Shown here: positions 19,992-30,622 of the stretch, piece after piece
How the letters are laid out: each line of letters starts with the position of its first letter
Numbering within the stretch: position 1 is the stretch's first letter
Source: a virus
Taxonomy: Duplodnaviria; Caudoviricetes
IMG/VR virus record: IMGVR_UViG_3300026549_000029
Location: 128,001-192,000 of that record
Length of the DNA: 64,000 bases
Reading direction: 5' to 3' (one strand)
Translations under genes and position numbers: made by a program
Notes under the pieces: generated by a model
What the model saw: the letters and a program-made list of their open reading frames with translations, nothing else
The model's database searches: none
Told to the model about the DNA's origin: nothing

Positions 19992-20782
19992 TGGAGGAAT
20001 TAAAATTGAATAATAATTCATATGCAATAAGAGATTGTATTTTAAATTGTAGTATTAATGAAAAACAAGATGCTTATATTCAACCTCTTGATGAATTATC
20101 ATCTTATTTAGTATATAATTTCTTTGATTATGCTGTATATTTTGATACATCTCTCAAATGTATTGATGAAATTGAAAAAGGAAATTTTACCAGAGAAAGA
20201 TTTTCTAAAACAGTATATACTCTTTATAAATTTATGCAAAATAAATGGGAAAATGAAAATAATAGTGGAGAAAATATTATTAATAGATCTTCATTTTTAA
20301 TTCATATTCCTGATACTTCAACTAATTTTGCAATTAATTTTCCTCTTTGCTTAGATGAATTATTTGAATCTATGAAAGAGTTTATTATTGCTTTTAGGAA
20401 ATGGAGTATGGAAACAATAGAATCTTCTTGGAAAAGAAATGTAAGGGATTTAAGTCCTTATATGGAATCAATGTTTAAAGAATTATATTTCTTTAAACTT
20501 GAATTATATAGTGCTTATCTTAATGATGGAAGTTATGATGATAAAGTTGTGTTTGCAAGCCCATTTAGTCAAATTAGAAATATATATGGATTAAATTCTA
20601 ATATTAGAGATTTTACTAGATCTGTGACAGATATTTATAATGATATTAATTCAATTAGTTATTTAATAAGAGCTACTATAAATTTTTCTACACCTATAGA
20701 TATGTCTATAAGAAATGATATCTTTAAAGCTCAAAATCCAAATATTAAACAGCAAATAAATAATGAAGAAGAAGATTGGTAA
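19988..20782 (+). CDS. Hypothetical protein
   Basis: ORF overlapping the previous stop; terminator at 20786-20815. Confidence 0.7.
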   Translation: MMEELKLNNNSYAIRDCILNCSINEKQDAYIQPLDELSSYLVYNFFDYAVYFDTSLKCIDEIEKGNFTRERFSKTVYTLYKFMQNKWENENNSGENIINRSSFLIHIPDTSTNFAINFPLCLDELFESMKEFIIAFRKWSMETIESSWKRNVRDLSPYMESMFKELYFFKLELYSAYLNDGSYDDKVVFASPFSQIRNIYGLNSNIRDFTRSVTDIYNDINSISYLIRATINFSTPIDMSIRNDIFKAQNPNIKQQINNEEEDW

Positions 20783-20873
20783 TATTATAAGAGGGATATA
20801 AATATCCCTCTTATATTAATTTTTTAAAAATATTTAGACTACTTTATATAATTATTTATAATAAGGAGATTTT

Positions 20874-21071
20874 ATGAGAACTTATGATACAACTTTTATA
20901 GATAAGAAAACTAAACAAAATATAATTATTATTAGAACAAATGCTAATGGAAAAGATAAAGCTAAAGTATTAGCAATAAAGAATTTTAAACATACCTATA
21001 GAGATATTAATCTTGATGATGTAGATATTAGCATTAAACAAATAGACACTAATAATGAGGATTGGCTATAA
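20874..21071 (+). CDS. Small hypothetical protein
   Basis: AAGGAG RBS; GACT-N6-TA motif upstream. Confidence 0.6.
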   Translation: MRTYDTTFIDKKTKQNIIIIRTNANGKDKAKVLAIKNFKHTYRDINLDDVDISIKQIDTNNEDWL

Positions 21072-21310
21072 ATAAAATGATTATAATTTCTGTAATTTGC
21101 CCATTAATGATTCTATTAATTTGGTTTTCTATAATAAGATTCTTTTGTAAAAAAGTATCTGTAAAGAGAGATTTAATATTTATTTTTCTTATAATATTAT
21201 GGTATTTAGCAATATTTATATTCTATACTAATACATCATTAGGTAATAGTATTGTGAATAAAGAACTTGATATGGATTCAATGATAACTACTAATGGTGA
21301 ATTAAGATGA
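21062..21310 (+). CDS. Small membrane protein with two hydrophobic helices
   Basis: IIISVICPLMILLIWFSII and LIFIFLIILWYLAIFIFY. Confidence 0.6.
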   Translation: MAINKMIIISVICPLMILLIWFSIIRFFCKKVSVKRDLIFIFLIILWYLAIFIFYTNTSLGNSIVNKELDMDSMITTNGELR

Positions 21311-24042
21311 AAATAACTTATTTTAGAATAAAAGGTTATATTAATATTTTAAATGGTATGGGATTAGATGAACTAATAATACCATTTTTAGAATTTAAAA
21401 ATCGTATTATATTAGTATCTGGAGAAAATGGTACTGGTAAATCTACAATAATAAAAGCTTTAACTCCAAATCCAGATTCATCTGATTCTTTTAGAACAGA
21501 TGTATTTATTGATCAATTTGGGAATAGACAAATTATAGAATATCCTGCAGAAAAAGAGATTCATTATTTAAGTTATGAAGAATCTGGAGAACCTGTAGTA
21601 TATAAAATATTAATACAGTCTTTAGTAGATGAATCTAGAACAAGAAGAACTACTAAAGCATTTATTAAAAAGAATGATGAAGAATTAAATCCCAATGGAA
21701 ATGTCTCTTCTTTTAAAGATATTAGAGATGATCTGTTAGGAATAGATCCTGTATATTTAGATTTATCATTTGTTTCTTCTGAACAAAGAGGAATAGTAGA
21801 TATGATTCCTTCTGAGAGAAGAAAATATATGGCTAATTATATTGGATCTCTTGATACTTATAATAATATTTATAAAATAATCTCTAAAAAAGTATCTAAT
21901 TTAAAATCTTATATGAATACATTAAATACCAAAATATATGAAATTGGTAATGAAAATGAATTAAGATTACAGCAGATGCAATTAGAGAAACAGTTAGGAT
22001 CTTTAAATACAGAAAGAGATAAATTATTAAAAGATTTGTCAGAAGCAGAAACTACTGTAAAGTTAATAGATCCAGAAAATAAAATGCAAGATCTTTATCA
22101 TACCATTTCTGATAAGCTGACAATTATTAATTTAGAAATGGGAAAGAATCAACAAATTCTTGATAAACTATACAGTAGATTTGGATATGAGCTTAAAAAT
22201 CAAGATTTAGATCTTTTATTAAAACAAACTCAAGATAAGTTTGATAAGTATAGTAAAGATTTAGAGAATAATAGAACTAAAAGTGCTAATTTATTATTTA
22301 TGAATCAGATTACTTATAATAATCTTGAGGATAATAGAACTAGATTAGAAGCTTTATCAAGAGAAGAAGTTCAAATCAATATAGAAGAAGCAGTAGATCA
22401 AATTAAAGGAGAAGTAGATTTATATTCTTCTTATTTATCTAAATCTGATATATCAATATTAGATACTATTTCTTTAGATGAATTAAAAGATTTAAAATTT
22501 GATCTTGATAGATTTATATCTGGTATAGGATCATTAGAAGATCAGTATTCTTTTGATAATATAGGATTAGCATTAGATAATTTTACTAAAGAATCTGAAT
22601 TAAGAACAAATATAACTTGTTGGAATAAAGAATCTATAGATCTTTCTAATCAGATAATATCTATAGAAAAAGACATTGAGAGATATAGAGAAGATTATGA
22701 GACATTAAAAGAATTTGGTTCTACTAGACCAAGTGATTGTAAGATAGATTCTTGTCCTTATATTGTAAAATATATTAAAATAAAAGAATCTATAAAATCA
22801 GAGAAAGATATTGAATCTCTTGAAATAGAATTATCTAATATTAAACAAATAGAAGAATATCTTAAGAAAGATATTACTACATATTCTACTATAATAGATA
22901 TAATAGAGAAACTTAAACCTATACTAGCAATAACTTATAAATCTATATTTCTTAAAATATCTAAGTTAAGTTTTATGAAAAATTTAGATAAGATATTTAT
23001 TAAAATTAAAAATCATAATAGATTCCCAGAATTTTCTGTAATAGATGATTTAATAGAAAAGAAATCTATCTATGATAATTTTTCTAAATTAAAACTACAG
23101 CTAAAAGAAATGGAATCTGATCTTAAAGTATATAAAGCAAATAAATTAATGAAAGATTCTCTTACAGAATCTATAGCTAAATTAGATAAAGAATATTCTG
23201 ATAGAAAAGAACAGATTCTTTTACTGGGAAAAGATTATACTTTCTTAGAAGGAGTACTAACCGAAACTTCTACTACTATAGAGAATATTAAATCTCTTAT
23301 AGAAGCTACAGAAAAGATGAAATCTTTAGATAAAGATAAATCTGATCTAAAAGAAGAATTTAACTCTGTAAAAGATAAAATATCTTTAGTAAAAGAAAAA
23401 GTAGATTCTGTAGAGGTATTAAAAACTCAAATATCTAATATAGAGAAAGATATAGAACCATTAAGAAATACTATAAATAATATTATTTATAATCTTACAA
23501 ATATTGTAAGTTATCAGCAGGAGTATAAAGCTTCTTCTGATATGTATGATAAGATGGTATTTATTAGAAATGCTTGTTCTCCAGGTAATGGAATGGGTAT
23601 ACAGTCAGAATATATTAAGAGATATATGAGTGATATTATTATTGATTGTAATAGAATGCTTAGCTATATGTTTGGTGGTGCTATTCAGTTAGCAGTACCA
23701 ATAATAAATGAAAAACAATTCTCTATACCTTTCTTAGGTCCAGGTGGAATGATGGTACCTGATATATCAAATGGATCTACTGCTCAGAAATGTATGATAG
23801 GATTAGTATTTTCATCTGTAGCTATGATGAAATCTAGTTTAAAATATAATATTCCTAGATATGATGAATTAGATTCTGGTCTTGATCAAAGTAATAGAAT
23901 TACTTTTATACAAGTATTGAATAGTGTACTAGATATTATGAATTCTGAGCAATGTATAATCTGTTCTCATAATGCAGAATTTGATACCCAGAGTACTACT
24001 AGAATAATATGTTCATCTAAGGGGGTAAAATTTGAGCAGTAA
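21307..24042 (+). CDS. sbcC: SbcC/Rad50-like SMC ATPase
   Basis: Walker A GENGTGKS, long coiled coil with central CKIDSCP hook, signature SNGSTAQ, Walker B PRYDELDSGLD, H-loop CSH. Confidence 0.9.
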   Translation: MKITYFRIKGYINILNGMGLDELIIPFLEFKNRIILVSGENGTGKSTIIKALTPNPDSSDSFRTDVFIDQFGNRQIIEYPAEKEIHYLSYEESGEPVVYKILIQSLVDESRTRRTTKAFIKKNDEELNPNGNVSSFKDIRDDLLGIDPVYLDLSFVSSEQRGIVDMIPSERRKYMANYIGSLDTYNNIYKIISKKVSNLKSYMNTLNTKIYEIGNENELRLQQMQLEKQLGSLNTERDKLLKDLSEAETTVKLIDPENKMQDLYHTISDKLTIINLEMGKNQQILDKLYSRFGYELKNQDLDLLLKQTQDKFDKYSKDLENNRTKSANLLFMNQITYNNLEDNRTRLEALSREEVQINIEEAVDQIKGEVDLYSSYLSKSDISILDTISLDELKDLKFDLDRFISGIGSLEDQYSFDNIGLALDNFTKESELRTNITCWNKESIDLSNQIISIEKDIERYREDYETLKEFGSTRPSDCKIDSCPYIVKYIKIKESIKSEKDIESLEIELSNIKQIEEYLKKDITTYSTIIDIIEKLKPILAITYKSIFLKISKLSFMKNLDKIFIKIKNHNRFPEFSVIDDLIEKKSIYDNFSKLKLQLKEMESDLKVYKANKLMKDSLTESIAKLDKEYSDRKEQILLLGKDYTFLEGVLTETSTTIENIKSLIEATEKMKSLDKDKSDLKEEFNSVKDKISLVKEKVDSVEVLKTQISNIEKDIEPLRNTINNIIYNLTNIVSYQQEYKASSDMYDKMVFIRNACSPGNGMGIQSEYIKRYMSDIIIDCNRMLSYMFGGAIQLAVPIINEKQFSIPFLGPGGMMVPDISNGSTAQKCMIGLVFSSVAMMKSSLKYNIPRYDELDSGLDQSNRITFIQVLNSVLDIMNSEQCIICSHNAEFDTQSTTRIICSSKGVKFEQ

Positions 24043-24292
24043 TGAAAAAAGTCCAGAAAAAGAAGTAATAATAATACATTCTAAATATAAGTATAATGAT
24101 TATGACAATTGGATAGATATTATAAGAGGATCAGATAAAAAGAGTTTATCATCTGAAGTATATAATCGTGCAATATATATTGATAAATATGAGGGATTAG
24201 CTTGGGATGATAAAGATGTAATAGATTTATTAAAATTCTTAGGAATTAAAGTTACAGAAGTTAATCATATTCTAGATGAAGAAAAAAATTAA
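24032..24292 (+). CDS. Small hypothetical protein
   Basis: TTG start after GGGGG; terminator at 24291-24316. Confidence 0.55.
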   Translation: MSSNEKSPEKEVIIIHSKYKYNDYDNWIDIIRGSDKKSLSSEVYNRAIYIDKYEGLAWDDKDVIDLLKFLGIKVTEVNHILDEEKN

Positions 24293-24404
24293 AGGAAGGT
24301 ATAATTACCTTCCTTTTTATTTTTTAAAAATTAATATTTTTAATTAGATGATATAATATTGTATAAAAGAACAATAATTTTTCTATTAGAGAGGAGAAAT
24401 AAAA

Positions 24405-24767
24405 ATGACTAATGAAAGAGATGAAAGAATTATTCATGATGTAGTCGCAAGAGGCCTGGAAAAACAGGCTATAATGATTTGTGTCGATAAGGGTCGTATG
24501 ATCCAGGTGTATTTAACACCTGGTCATGGTGGCATTGACTTTGACATGATTGTTCGCTGCATTAAGGCGAATGGTAATCTTGAAGTTGTTCACAGTGCCA
24601 AGGGGAATCTCTGGTGTGCTAATGTTGTTAGCATTACTGGAGAAACAAGTGATACTCCTACAGACTGGGTGAGTATCGATACACCCTTTGGTAAAGTTTC
24701 TGCTAGCTGGGAATGGTCCGGCTATAACAGAGACTACAATAAATATGAGGTTAGGCTTAATGCCTGA
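24405..24767 (+). CDS. Hypothetical early protein, visibly higher GC than neighbours
   Basis: Promoter variant at 24346 and GAGGAG RBS. Confidence 0.75.
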   Translation: MTNERDERIIHDVVARGLEKQAIMICVDKGRMIQVYLTPGHGGIDFDMIVRCIKANGNLEVVHSAKGNLWCANVVSITGETSDTPTDWVSIDTPFGKVSASWEWSGYNRDYNKYEVRLNA

Positions 24768-24786
24768 CCTCATATTTATTTTTTTC

Positions 24787-25833
24787 TTAGAATCTAGATA
24801 TATTTGAGCTATTCTTAATAATAACTCTCTTAGTATTATTCAAGTTATTATTTTTTGCAAGTCTCTTATTTACATCTATATTATAATCAGCTGCAGTTAA
24901 TTCAGAACTCACAGGCATATTAGGAATAGGTTGATCTGTTCTTCTATCTACCCATTGAAATTGTCTAGCACCTGTAGCTTCATCATATACTATTACTTCT
25001 TCTATATTAGGATTATTATCATTAAGCATTAAATTCTCTTCAGGTGTTAAGTTAGCTAAATAATTAGCTAATCCTGCATCACTTCCAGCAGATCCTTCTA
25101 ATCCAGTTCTAATAATACCATTTAATCCGGCAGTCATATCCATAGTATTAGGCTGTGTATATGCAGGAGCTCCAATAGGTGCACTAATATAAGCATTATA
25201 AGCATCCATAATAGCTTTATTATCATCACCTTGATCCATAGCTCTCATATCTTTAAATCTTCTATATTCCATATCATTAACAGATTTGATAGTATTATTA
25301 ATCTCTTTTACAGCAGCAAGTTTAGTACTTAATAAACTACTCATACTTGCTAATGTAGCATTAGTATAATGATATTTTCCTTTAAGATTTCTTTGCGATC
25401 TGATAAAATCTAAATCTTGTTTACAATCTTTTAATAATTCATCTGCTTGAGCAATAATATTATATGACATCTGATTTGTTGTTACATAAGAATCAGCATA
25501 TATAGTATGCTCAACTACTTGCTTAGAATTAGTAGGATCAATTTCTTCTACATCTGTAGATTTTTCTGCATCTACTACTGTTACTTTTGTACTAGCTTTT
25601 TTCTTTTTCTTAAGAGTAGTCTTTTCTGTAATTACATTATTTCCAATTGGAGCAATAGGAGTACTTACATTAGTTCCAATTAAACCTGAAAAGTTTGCTC
25701 CAAGAGTAGATCTCTTTTCTATAGGAGTAGTAGGAGGAGTAGTCTCTGTTTGTACAGGTTTACCATCTGTAGTATAAGCCTGACCCATATACATATTATT
25801 TAAAGGTGGATTAGGAAAATTCATTGAGTCCAT
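24787..25833 (-). CDS. Hypothetical protein, possibly virion-associated
   Basis: AAAGGAG RBS and AACT-N6-TA late-type motif upstream on the minus strand. Confidence 0.75.
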   Translation of the reverse strand: MDSMNFPNPPLNNMYMGQAYTTDGKPVQTETTPPTTPIEKRSTLGANFSGLIGTNVSTPIAPIGNNVITEKTTLKKKKKASTKVTVVDAEKSTDVEEIDPTNSKQVVEHTIYADSYVTTNQMSYNIIAQADELLKDCKQDLDFIRSQRNLKGKYHYTNATLASMSSLLSTKLAAVKEINNTIKSVNDMEYRRFKDMRAMDQGDDNKAIMDAYNAYISAPIGAPAYTQPNTMDMTAGLNGIIRTGLEGSAGSDAGLANYLANLTPEENLMLNDNNPNIEEVIVYDEATGARQFQWVDRRTDQPIPNMPVSSELTAADYNIDVNKRLAKNNNLNNTKRVIIKNSSNISRF

Positions 25834-25963
25834 TGTAAACTCCTTTTTGAAAATGTATTATAATATTGAATCATTACATTCGGTATAATTATTTAGAAGT
25901 ATTATAAATTAAAGTTTATAAAATTTTTGACTTTATTATAATTTAATTTAGGAGAAAATATAA

Positions 25964-27517
25964 ATGGCTAAGAGAAAGAGTTTTATTTTAAATAATAAAC
26001 AATATGAATTAGTAATTCCAGGATATCCAAAAGGTTCTGATATAACAGTAATAAATACTTCTTATATACCTAGAAAGAAAGTAGAAAATGAAGAAGGAAA
26101 TATTGTATATGAGAAAGATTATATAGCAATATTATTTAGAGATAATAAGACTGAAGAAAAACATATTCATATTATAAAAGAACCAGTATATACTTTTTAT
26201 AAACTTAAAGATGATATAATCCCTACAGATTATGTATTATTCTTTATTCCTAAAGAAGATGTAGAACCTTATACCTGTAAATATTCTAATATACTACAAG
26301 CTATAGCTGAAGTTACTAATATGATAGATTTCTATCAATATAATGTAACTAATAAAATCTTTAGTGAGAATAAGAAATTACATACTATTCCTTCTATATT
26401 TATGTCAGATATGAATATAGAAAATTATTATAGATTTTTATTTGGATTATCTTATCCTAATAATATCTTTAAATTATCTAAAGCATATCTTGATATAGAA
26501 ACCGATGGGCGTTATGCTATGGGAGATTTTCCAGAACCTGGAGAAGTACCTATTAATGCTGTAGCATATTGTGATGAAGCTCATAATATTACATATCAAT
26601 TTATCTTTGATGATCCTAGAAATCCTGCACTTCAGGAATATAAGAGACAATTTTCTAGAAAAGATATATTAGGAGAATTAAAGAATTTTGTAATTAATGC
26701 TGTAGGAGGATATAAGAAAGCAGTAAAATTTGGTGTTGATAATATGGAATATAAATTAATCTTCTTTAAAGATGAATTAGAAATGTTAGAAAGATTATTT
26801 GATATTATTAATATTTCTTCACCAGATTTTCTTAATATATGGAATATGTCATTTGACTTATCTTATATATTAGCAAGAATATATGAGTTAGGTGGAGATG
26901 TAATAGAAACTGTATGTGATAAAAGAGTTACTCCTAAATTCTTAAGATATTATATAGATGAGAGAAATAAAAATAATTTTGAAGAAAGAGGAGATTTTGT
27001 AGCTATATCTTCTTATACAGTATGGAATGATCAAATGATAACATTTGCATCAAGACGTAAAGGTAGAGCAGCATATCCATCTTTTGCATTAAACGCTATT
27101 GGAGAAGATGTAGCAAATGTTAAGAAATTAGATTATTCTAATATCACTAAAGATATTAATATGCTTCCTTATATAGATTTTAAGACATTCAGTTTTTATA
27201 ATGTGATGGATGTTATTGTACAGAAATGTATAGAAAGAATGACATCTGATTGCGATTATATATTTACTAAGTGTTTAGTAAATAATACAAACTATTCTAA
27301 ATGTCATAGACAGAGTGTATATTTAGCTAATAGATTTGCTAAAGATTTTTATAATTATGGATATATTATTGGTAATAATAAAAATATCTATAATGAGAAA
27401 CCCGACGCTAAGTTTTGTGGTGCTCAAGTCGGCAATCCATTGAATAATAATCCAGATATTACATATCATATTAATGGTAAGCCTACTATGCTAGTAGAGA
27501 ACTGTGTGGATTTCGAT
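25964..27517 (+). CDS. Family B DNA polymerase N-terminal subunit, exon 1 (3'-5' exonuclease domain and start of motif A)
   Basis: ExoI YLDIETDG, ExoII WNMSFDLSYI, ExoIII YNVMDV; ends in ..CVDFD at the intron. Confidence 0.88.
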
Positions 27518-27881
27518 TGATTTTAGTCGCTTTTTAGTAGTAATACTGAGAAGAAAATCTTATTGAATTGCTGGGAAAGGCTAAAGCTCTCTTGCCTATA
27601 TGGAGTGAAAACAGAAATAAGTAGAGAGATGAACTATGGTGAAATAAAAGCTCTTAATATAATAAGAGTCCTAAGGTTTATTAACAATGTCTAATCAGCA
27701 GCCAATCTTTATAATGTAAAGAAGGTTCAACGACTATCCGAAAGGAGTAGGGCTTAAGCAAGCTCGAAGTGATAAGAGGTCCAGGATATACTGGATCGTG
27801 ATATAGTCTCAGCATTCAGGTAACACCTGAAGAAGTTCATAAGAGAACTGCACAGATTAGCGACCTGTGTGAAGATTACTG
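27518..27881 (+). mobile_element. Group I self-splicing intron (364 nt, no ORF) in the DNA polymerase gene
   Basis: P AATTGCTGGGAA, Q AATCAGCAGC, R GTTCAACGACTA, S GATATAGTCT, P7 GACTA/TAGTC; P1 CGAT/GTCG with U27517-G27526 wobble; terminal G27881; splicing restores DFD-YSSLYPS. Confidence 0.92.
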
Positions 27882-28352
27882 TACTCCTCACTTTATCCAT
27901 CTATTATCTTAGAAAATAATATAGCACCAAATACACAATATGGTAGAATTATTATTGAAGATGAATCCGATCCCAATAAAGTATATTCTCGTAATGAGCA
28001 TCCTGATATGTTTAGTAATGATGATGATGAAGCTAAATATTCTCGTGGTGGAGAATTTTTAGATAATCTGATGACTTCTAATATATTAGAATTCTGTTGG
28101 AGATGGCTTAACTTAGGAGATATTTATGATGTAGAATCTGACTTGAGAGAATTTTATAATTTTAATTCTTATGAAGGTCCTTCTATAGATTATTCTCTTA
28201 AAGATGCTATTTATATTAGTAAATCTAATATGACTTCTGTATTTGAAGATATTCCTTATGGAAATAATCCTGTTGTAATTTCTGATGTAGCTCTTGACAA
28301 AACAGTAAGTGATAATCTTACTGAAGAAATAAAGAAAGGAGCTATTTTATAA
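27882..28352 (+). CDS. Family B DNA polymerase N-terminal subunit, exon 2 (spliced product 674 aa)
   Basis: Reads YSSLYPSIILENNIAPNTQYGRI, in frame with track ORF 28008..28352. Confidence 0.88.
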   Translation, partial: YSSLYPSIILENNIAPNTQYGRIIIEDESDPNKVYSRNEHPDMFSNDDDEAKYSRGGEFLDNLMTSNILEFCWRWLNLGDIYDVESDLREFYNFNSYEGPSIDYSLKDAIYISKSNMTSVFEDIPYGNNPVVISDVALDKTVSDNLTEEIKKGAIL

Positions 28353-28979
28353 ATGGAAATAGGATCTGTAACTCCTGTAAATTATATAGAATTATGTAAA
28401 TATATAAATCCTATAATAACTTCTTATGCAGGATTTATTAGAACTACTGGTTATATAACCCATATACCAGGTTATATAATAATGATGTCTGATGATGAGA
28501 GTTTTATAAGTATTATAAAAATACCTATTATATTTAATATAATTTTTGCTGCTAAAATAAATGATCTTCTTAAATTAAAAGAAGAAAATAATATGTTAAA
28601 TTTATTAAATCTAACATATTTTCTTGGTAGTAATATTATATTAAATAAAATGATAAATTATTGGAATATATATAATGATATTGATAATAAATGTAATTGT
28701 ATATATTCAGAAGATGATTGTTATAATATAAATAATTTTAGTACAGTAAGTAGTAATACTAATATAGGTTCTATAATGGTATCAAATGGTATTAATATTT
28801 TTATGATTCCTGCAAGTAAAAGTATAACTAATTTAAATAAAGCAGATAAAGTAAGTTTAAGATTATATGATTATATTAATGATCAAAATAATAAAAATAT
28901 AAAAACTGTAAGATATATATTATATAAAAATAAATTTAAATTAATAGCAGATATTTATACAAATATATTAGTAGTATAA
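28353..28979 (+). CDS. Hypothetical protein coupled to the polymerase gene
   Basis: Start codon directly follows the polymerase stop. Confidence 0.7.
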   Translation: MEIGSVTPVNYIELCKYINPIITSYAGFIRTTGYITHIPGYIIMMSDDESFISIIKIPIIFNIIFAAKINDLLKLKEENNMLNLLNLTYFLGSNIILNKMINYWNIYNDIDNKCNCIYSEDDCYNINNFSTVSSNTNIGSIMVSNGINIFMIPASKSITNLNKADKVSLRLYDYINDQNNKNIKTVRYILYKNKFKLIADIYTNILVV

Positions 28980-29077
28980 GAGAGGAAAAAATTCCTCTCT
29001 TTATTTTTTATATTTTTAAAAGAGATATTATAATATTGGAAATAGATACTTATATTATTTTAAAAAGGAGAAATAAG

Positions 29078-29662
29078 ATGAACAAAAGAAGATATTTTAT
29101 CGAGGCAATTATCAGAAATTCTGGTTGGTACAACGAGATCTTTAATATTCTTGATGATCTTAAAGATCTTAAAGATTTGACAGATTCATCCTATCCATTA
29201 TATAATGCTTTCTTTTATGAAGGTGTTTTTTATAATCGGGTTAAAGGATCAGACATTAAAGAGGGGGCTATTCTCCTTCTCCATTTCATTAAAGGAGAAG
29301 TCTCTTCTGACGTACTTTACGAAACATGGCCCCACAGAGCTCTTTATCATTATCTGTGGGGTGAGAAAGAAACTCTGATACACAATTATGGAGTTTCAAA
29401 AAGTCATAGAGTACGCCCTGATGAAGGAGCTCTGGATAAAATCAGGCAATTAAGTATAATATGTAGCCTCCTTGACCATATCGATATAAAGGAGGAGGAT
29501 TTCTTTGAAGTACCTGATGGATGGAAAAAGAAAAATTCAAAGAAGTACTTTTTCGAAAAGGTACTTCCTACATTATCAGATGAGCTTCTTGAACAAGCTA
29601 TTAGAGCTTGTAAAAATATCCTGAAAGAAAGAAGAAGTCAGGATAAAAGTTTGTTTAATTAA
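29078..29662 (+). CDS. Hypothetical early protein
   Basis: Early promoter at 29023; AAAAGGAG RBS places the start at MNKRR, not 29036. Confidence 0.75.
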   Translation: MNKRRYFIEAIIRNSGWYNEIFNILDDLKDLKDLTDSSYPLYNAFFYEGVFYNRVKGSDIKEGAILLLHFIKGEVSSDVLYETWPHRALYHYLWGEKETLIHNYGVSKSHRVRPDEGALDKIRQLSIICSLLDHIDIKEEDFFEVPDGWKKKNSKKYFFEKVLPTLSDELLEQAIRACKNILKERRSQDKSLFN

Positions 29663-29774
29663 AAAAATAAAGGGAGGAAGAAATTCCTCTCTTTATTTTT
29701 TTAAATAGTTTTTTAATTATATATTATAATATTGAAGTAATTGAAATATTATTAATTAAAGGAGATGATTATTT

Positions 29775-30227
29775 ATGCTTTATTATATTAATAATGAAAA
29801 ACCTATTTATAGTGAAGAAATATTGATTGAACAGCCTGTATACAGTGAAAAAGTAGGAAAGAAGAAAGCATATTGTATATTTTCTGATCCTCAAATTGGT
29901 AGAAATTTTGAATATGATCCATATATTAAAATTTATAATAATATAAATCAATCAAAAGCTACAGAAGTTGCAAGAATATCCATGAGAACAGGAGCACCTT
30001 TACCTACAGATCATAGAAATACAAATAAAGATGCTGGTAAAAAGAGACTTAGATTTACAAAAGAAGTAGCAGAATTTTTAACAAAAGCTATGAATCAATT
30101 TCCAAATGAATATGATTATCCAGATGATATCAAAACTGTATATGATGGTATTTATTATGATATTATGAGAGTATGCGGATCTTGTATTAAATATCCTATT
30201 CCTAATTTTATGGAGAATATCGAATAA
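29775..30227 (+). CDS. Hypothetical early protein, weak member of the C-terminal PDY family
   Basis: Early promoter at 29719; C-terminal YPIPNF. Confidence 0.7.
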   Translation: MLYYINNEKPIYSEEILIEQPVYSEKVGKKKAYCIFSDPQIGRNFEYDPYIKIYNNINQSKATEVARISMRTGAPLPTDHRNTNKDAGKKRLRFTKEVAEFLTKAMNQFPNEYDYPDDIKTVYDGIYYDIMRVCGSCIKYPIPNFMENIE

Positions 30228-30622
30228 TGACAGATTTTTATGAATGGACTAACATGCTTTATAGTAATCTTGGATTTGAAGAATATAATGATGATAAGAC
30301 ATTTATTATATTTTCTTGTGTATCTATGTATAAGAATACATATGCTTTTGGACTTAATTTACCAGATAAAGATAAATGTTTTTATATATCTATGATATCA
30401 CCAGAAATTCTTACATCATATAAAGATCAAAATATAGATAAAGAAGATATAGATAGATTAGTTAATAAGCTAAATACAACAGATATATGGAAAACTATAA
30501 TTTCATATATGCATAAATGTATTAAAAATGAAAGCTTTACAAAAGATGATGCTAGTATAGAATTTGAAAAAATTCCATCCACTCCACCAGATTATAGAAA
30601 GATATTGGAGGATGTATCATGA
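30227..30622 (+). CDS. Hypothetical protein of the W...PDY family
   Basis: TDIWKTII...TPPDYRKI, resembling 61197..61532. Confidence 0.7.
   Translation: MTDFYEWTNMLYSNLGFEEYNDDKTFIIFSCVSMYKNTYAFGLNLPDKDKCFYISMISPEILTSYKDQNIDKEDIDRLVNKLNTTDIWKTIISYMHKCIKNESFTKDDASIEFEKIPSTPPDYRKILEDVS

Noticed and set aside
27518-27520. Stop-codon readthrough or alternative genetic code at the polymerase TGA
   Set aside because: A group I intron explains the break, and TAA, TAG and TGA all end genes normally elsewhere.
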